Below, piece after piece: positions 58,809 to 64,000 of a DNA stretch of 64,000 nt (its first letter is position 1; every line of letters begins with the position of its first letter). A model generated the notes under the pieces. The model made no database searches. It was not told the origin of the DNA and saw only the letters and a program-made list of their open reading frames with translations. The translations under genes were made by a program, and so were the position numbers. The stretch lies in NCBI GenBank assembly GCA_039621445.1, contig CP154954.1, positions 45,301,847-45,365,846 of the forward strand. Reading direction: 5' to 3'. This DNA is from Euglena gracilis (taxonomy: Eukaryota).

Positions 58809-61103
58809 ATGCAAATTTCGCACCTGCAAGACGAGACCGACAAAGAGGCCTTCGAAGCGGCGTGGAGCAACATTTTCTTACAAGAATCGCTGACAACAGC
58901 CTTCTTGCGAGATGCCGACGCTACCGCCGTGATGGCCACGATTGGTTCAGGTCAGAAGTGGACTGGAGCAGGGTGGGATACAACCCGCTGTGCCCTTGCT
59001 GTACGGAAGCTCACTGGAGTGGCTATGGTGGAGTCTACCCTACAACCATATCTGGCGGCTTACCTCTACAGCTTGGCACTCACGAAGAACGTCTCGATAC
59101 CGTCATTGGAGCTAAGCGACAAGGCGTCGGACGTGGCCTTCAAGCTGTACGAGAAGTGGACGACGGCGACGACGACGACGACGGCGGAGATGGATCGCGA
59201 CGAGGAGGCAGCGCGCGCGGCGGAGGAAGCCCAGGACTTCCCCTGGCAGACGGCCGAGGAGGCACTGCCGGGGGACCTGGACAGGATATGGACACAGGTA
59301 CAGTCTGGGGACTTACGATTGGACGTACGAAGTTTGCTGGAACAGATACCCACCTGGAAGACCCTGAAGCCCAAAGCGGAGGAAAACAACCACCGTCAAG
59401 ACGGTAAGAGTGGGTATGACCGCACCCTGCGTGCAGTCCAGCAGAAGTTCTTGAACATACTGCGTATCTTGGCAGCGCTGCACTGCACCTTACAAGGAGC
59501 CCCTGAAGACGTATTGGATTTGAGCCAACAATTGTTCGCATACGTGGCTGCCTGTGAAGGAGACATTGTCAAGGAGAGGAAGCGGAGAAGCATCCCTCAG
59601 ACCATACAACCAGGAAACGGCCTGTTCACCCCTGAAGACATTAAAATGGCCAAAGCCCAAGCTGGCATCAACAAAGAGGGTATCAAATCCCCCTTCCAGG
59701 GTGAGTTCCCCATGTGGCATTTTCCCACCCCCACAGGTGGAAAAGGGTGGAATGGCCAACAAATTGGCAACCGAGACCATGGCGGTCTGGCCCCAAAGGG
59801 AAAGGCAAGTCCAAAGGAGGAAAATGGTTTGCCCAACATCTTGCCAGGAAGTATTGCTCCTTCCTTTTCAGATCAGAACTCATCAAGTCCCAAGAGGACA
59901 TTGTGTCCTCCAGAGCTGGGCATTGCGCCACAAAGTCCACCAGCCCTGAGGGGCAGAAACCAAGACATCTGCAGGCTGTGGGAAGCTGCATGCTTGAGAT
60001 CTGTGGAACAGATCACCGAGGTGCTGCTGCTGACAGAGGAACACTTTCTGGGAGTGCCTCTGTTTCAGAGGCTTCAGGAACAGCTGCCATGGTGGCAAAA
60101 GGTTGCCCCCCCCAGGGTGTTGCAACTCATCACACAGGGGGTAACCCCCCCTTGGGAGTCACCCCCCTCCCTCAGCACATGCTCCATACCAAAGTCAAAG
60201 GTGGAAATACAAAAGGCAAAAAGCATTTTACAGGACTATTTTCAGGCAGGAGCCATAAAACCAGTCCCCTGGGAGGGTACCCAACACACCATCCCTTGGT
60301 TTGTAATCTCCAAAAAAGAGCCTCAGGGGGAAAAACATCGTTTAATCAGCGACTGTCGCCAACTGAACCAGCATTTTTCCCCACACCCCTTCAAACTGGA
60401 CAACATCCAGGTCATCTTCAGGCACCTGAAAAGAGGACAATGGGGTGCGAAAGTAGACTTAAAGGACGCCAACTTTCATTTAATGTTGAACCCAGCACTA
60501 AGACCCTGCATGAGGATGACTCTGGAAGACACATGCTGGGAGTTCCAGGCAGCTTGTTTTGGTTTAAATGTGCTGCCAGAAAAATTCATGAGTCTAATGA
60601 AATGCCTGGAAAAACGTTGGAGGGCCAAAGGCCTTTTATGTTTTGTGTACCTGGACGACATCCTCCTGATAGGAGACAGTCAGAAGCAAGTCAGCAACCA
60701 CCTGGCCATCATTCTAGCAGATTTACTGCAGGGGGGTTTCAAAATCAACCTCAAGAAATCAATCCTTCAACCCACCCAAAATCTCCCCCATTTGGGATTT
60801 CACCTCAATCTGGCACAGGGAAAATTACAGTTGGGGACAGAAAAGCTGAAAATGGTTCGGAGGGAACTGAGGAAATTAGTCACACACCAGTCCCTCAGTT
60901 GCAGGAAAATGGCCTCAATTTTGGGATGCATAAGAAGCTTCTTGGTGGGGCAGCCCTTCCTCAGGGCATTCACAGACACTTTGGTAGGTTTTGTCAACCT
61001 ACAAGAAAAATTTGGCTGGGATCATCAGGTTCCAATCCTGCGATTTTTCGGCCATTTTCGGGGGAAAGTGAGTGGGTGGTTGGGTGGGGGTCCCGGTCGT
61101 TAA
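58809..61103 (+). CDS. Uninterrupted DIRS gag-RT fusion ORF (764 aa from ATG), lacking RNase H/MT/YR; array copy 3
   Basis: Single frame; RLISDCRQLN, VDLKDANFH, FQAACFGL, YLDD (60648-60659), HLGF; last ~19 aa come from spacer DNA. Confidence 0.85.
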   Translation: MQISHLQDETDKEAFEAAWSNIFLQESLTTAFLRDADATAVMATIGSGQKWTGAGWDTTRCALAVRKLTGVAMVESTLQPYLAAYLYSLALTKNVSIPSLELSDKASDVAFKLYEKWTTATTTTTAEMDRDEEAARAAEEAQDFPWQTAEEALPGDLDRIWTQVQSGDLRLDVRSLLEQIPTWKTLKPKAEENNHRQDGKSGYDRTLRAVQQKFLNILRILAALHCTLQGAPEDVLDLSQQLFAYVAACEGDIVKERKRRSIPQTIQPGNGLFTPEDIKMAKAQAGINKEGIKSPFQGEFPMWHFPTPTGGKGWNGQQIGNRDHGGLAPKGKASPKEENGLPNILPGSIAPSFSDQNSSSPKRTLCPPELGIAPQSPPALRGRNQDICRLWEAACLRSVEQITEVLLLTEEHFLGVPLFQRLQEQLPWWQKVAPPRVLQLITQGVTPPWESPPSLSTCSIPKSKVEIQKAKSILQDYFQAGAIKPVPWEGTQHTIPWFVISKKEPQGEKHRLISDCRQLNQHFSPHPFKLDNIQVIFRHLKRGQWGAKVDLKDANFHLMLNPALRPCMRMTLEDTCWEFQAACFGLNVLPEKFMSLMKCLEKRWRAKGLLCFVYLDDILLIGDSQKQVSNHLAIILADLLQGGFKINLKKSILQPTQNLPHLGFHLNLAQGKLQLGTEKLKMVRRELRKLVTHQSLSCRKMASILGCIRSFLVGQPFLRAFTDTLVGFVNLQEKFGWDHQVPILRFFGHFRGKVSGWLGGGPGR

Positions 61104-62023
61104 ACCCCCCCATGGTCGGCAAGCAACGGTTTGGGGCTTTTTCGTGCAGCCCTTCCAGTGAATTCTTTGTTGTTTCTGACCAGATGCTTTTTTTTGGTTT
61201 GGGAGATGTTTCAACACCAAGAGATCCCAACACCATCATCGCTTTTGTGACAATCTCACCACTGTCCAGAAGTGTCCAACCAGTCGGGAGGGAGGTTCTT
61301 GACAATCACATAAACTTCTGCCCCTGCCACTGTTTCTGCCCACGTCATCTGTCACATGAGAAGCAGGATAGTTACTTTGCAGAAAGGTTAAAAAGACAGT
61401 ATTTGTTTTTTGAGAGAAATTTGTTTTTTGAAAGAAATTCATTTTCTGCAAGCAAAACCTTCATCATCACAATTTCAGGCATTGCCCAAACTCTCGGTCT
61501 TTGGCACAATTAGGCAGAGAGAAAAACGTTTGAAATGGTTTGGACGGAATTAGTTCACTAACATATGAACCCCATTTCCAGGGAAAAGAGGCCTGCGACT
61601 CCTGGTATATTCGGGGGGCAGTGGGCCAAATAATTGAACTTCATCTTGTGCGGAAGCGTCCGCGGCAGACCACTGCTCAACACCTGTCCCACCCCCGGGG
61701 CCAATGGCCAAAAAGTGACCGGTTTTCCTGAGTGGCCGACCCCCCCCGCCCCGGAGGGAATAAAGTGACTGACAAGTTTGGCCGAGAAAAGTGGCTGGCT
61801 GGTTTTTTCGGAGTGGAAATCGGACTCCGGTGAAGAATGATCCAGGAGGAAGGGACAGCGAAGGCGGAGCACAAGACAACAGTGAGGTCCTGCTCTTCTT
61901 TCCGGCTGTTGTTTGTGTTTTTTGGTGTTGGTTGTGGTGTTTCTTACTGCTTTTCTTTGCCGGAGTAGGCGGATCATAACGTCCTTTTGGCACGGAGCTG
62001 CAACCAAAGTATTTAAGCTGATC

Positions 62024-63770
62024 ATGCAAATTTCGCACCTGCAAGACGAGACCGACAAAGAGGCCTTCGAAGCGGCGTGGAGCAACATTTTCTTACAAGA
62101 ATCGCTGACAACAGCCTTCTTGCGAGATGCCGACGCTACCGCCGTGATGGCCACGATTGGTTCAGGTCAGAAGTGGACTGGAGCAGGGTGGGATACAACC
62201 CGCTGTGCCCTTGCTGTACGGAAGCTCACTGGAGTGGCTATGGTGGAGTCTACCCTACAACCATATCTGGCGGCTTACCTCTACAGCTTGGCACTCACGA
62301 AGAACGTCTCGATACCGTCATTGGAGCTAAGCGACAAGGCGTCGGACGTGGCCTTCAAGCTGTACGAGAAGTGGACGACGGCGACGACGACGACGACGGC
62401 GGAGATGGATCGCGACGAGGAGGCAGCGCGCGCGGCGGAGGAAGCCCAGGACTTCCCCTGGCAGACGGCCGAGGAGGCACTGCCGGGGGACCTGGACACG
62501 ATATGGACACAGGTACAGTCTGGGGACTTACGATTGGATGTACGAAGTTTGCTGGAACAGATACCCACCTGGAAGACCCTGAAGCCCAAAGCGGAGGAAA
62601 ACAACCACCGTCAAGACGGTAAGAGTGGGTATGACCGCACCCTGCGTGCAGTCCAGCAGAAGTTCTTGAACATACTGCGTATCTTGGCAGCGCTGCACTG
62701 CACCTTACAAGGAGCCCCTGAAGACGTATTGGGTTTGAGCCAACAATTGTTCGCATACGTGGCTGCCTGTGAAGGAGACATTGTCAAGGAGAGGAAGCGG
62801 AGAAGCATCCCTCAGACCATACAACCAGGAAACGGCCTGTTCACCCCTGAAGACATTAAAATGGCCAAAGCCCAAGCTGGCATCAACAAAGAGGGTATCA
62901 AATCCCCCTTCCAGGGTGAGTTCCCCATGTGGCATTTTCCCACCCCCACAGGTGGAAAAGGGTGGAATGGCCAACAAATTGGCAACCGAGACCATGGCGG
63001 TCTGGCCCCAAAGGGAAAGGCAAGTCCAAAGGAGGAAAATGGTTTGCCCAACATCTTGCCAGGAAGTATTGCTCCTTCCTTTTCAGATCAGAACTCATCA
63101 AGTCCCAAGAGGACATTGTGTCCTCCAGAGCTGGGCATTGCGCCGCAAAGTCCACCAGCCCTGAGGGGCAGAAACCAAGACATCTGCAGGCTGTGGGAAG
63201 CTGCATGCTTGAGATCTGTGGAACAGATCACCGAGGTGCTGCTGCTGACAGAGGAACACTTTCTGGGAGTGCCTCTGTTTCAGAGGCTTCAGGACCAGCT
63301 GCCATGGTGGCAAAAGGTTGCCCCCCCCAGGGTGTTGCAACTCATCACACAGGACAAAGGGGGTAACACCCCCTTGGGAGTCACCCCCCTCCCTCAGCAC
63401 ATGCTCCATACCAAAGTCAAAGGTGGAAATACAAAAGGCAAAAAGCATTTTACAGGACTATTTTCAGGCAGGAGCCATAAAACCAGTCCCCTGGGAGGGT
63501 ACCCAACACACCATCCCTTGGTTTGTAATCTCCAAAAAAGAGCCTCAGGGGGAAAAACATCGTTTAATCAGCGACTGTCGCCAACTGAACCAGCTTTTTT
63601 CCCCACACCCCTTCAAACTGGACAACATCCAGGACATCTTCAGGCACCTGAAAAGAGGACAATGGGGTGCGAAAGTAGACTTAAAGGACGCCAACTTTCA
63701 TTTCATGTTGAACCCAGCACTAAGACCCTACATGAGGATGACTCTGGAAGACACATGCTGGGAGTTCCAG
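62024..63770 (+). pseudogene. DIRS gag-RT, array copy 4 (frameshifted, truncated)
   Basis: Insertion near 63352; homology ends after WEFQ at 63770. Confidence 0.88.
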
Positions 63771-64000
63771 AGTTTTCTGAGATGTCTCTTTTCTGGGAAT
63801 TCACTTGGATTTTCTGGCTTCAGCGCTTCAAATACCACTTTTTTGTAATCCTTCCGCTGGAACTTCCACCAGTAAAACCCAATGCAAGGCATCAAAAAAA
63901 AGTATTCCAAGACGTTTTGAACAAGGTATTCAGCTTATTGCCACCTACAAAGTGAAATGGCAATTTTTTCTGTGAATTAGGCTTTGCTCTTCCTAATTTT

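Larger units (their letters stand above)
51408..63770 (+). repeat. Tandem array of ~3.2-kb units: 51408-54608, 54609-57826, 57827-61041, 61042-63770 (truncated)
   Basis: Near-identical units: ~780-bp spacer, DIRS ITR-like leader, gag and RT cut after WDHQVPILR. Confidence 0.95.

Noticed and set aside
58809-61103. RT as retron, DGR or group II intron type
   Set aside because: Motifs and close similarity to the 10.4-11.4 kb DIRS RT, plus the ITR-like leader, identify it as DIRS-type.
59714-61513. 599-aa ORF as an independent gene
   Set aside because: Shadow frame of gag-RT running into spacer DNA; only its first part looks like a gag tail.
1-64000. rRNA, tRNA or snRNA genes
   Set aside because: None recognised by eye; a covariance-model search would be needed to exclude them.

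Overview
Eukaryotic, repeat-dense genomic DNA, most likely from a euglenid (inferred from intron architecture). There are three host genes: (i) an unidentified multi-exon gene with probable transmembrane segments entering from the left edge; (ii) an Alba-domain gene on the minus strand with two 51-nt GT-AG introns; (iii) head-to-head with it, a four-RRM PTB/hnRNP-L-like gene. The PTB-like gene reconstructs to an open 561-aa frame by removing seven hairpin-ended introns with CAG (CAA in intron 1) at +4..+6 and CTG at -8..-6; six of them are non-GT-AG. The rest is mobile DNA: a near-complete DIRS-like tyrosine-recombinase retrotransposon (ITRs, ICR, gag, RT/RNase H, Dam-like MTase, YR), a cluster of DIRS remnants, many nested MITE-like elements, and a 3.2-kb tandem array of a truncated gag-RT. 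Main observation: the 3+5 nt outside the intron CAG...CTG stem equal one 8-bp target-site duplication. CA...TG-ended elements with perfect 8-bp TSDs occur in the window, two PTB introns retain 7/8 TSD relics, and PTB intron 6 is recognisably a member of the same MITE family as the element at 22485-24418. This points to DNA-transposon-derived non-canonical introns. All splicing is inferred from sequence; no searches were run.
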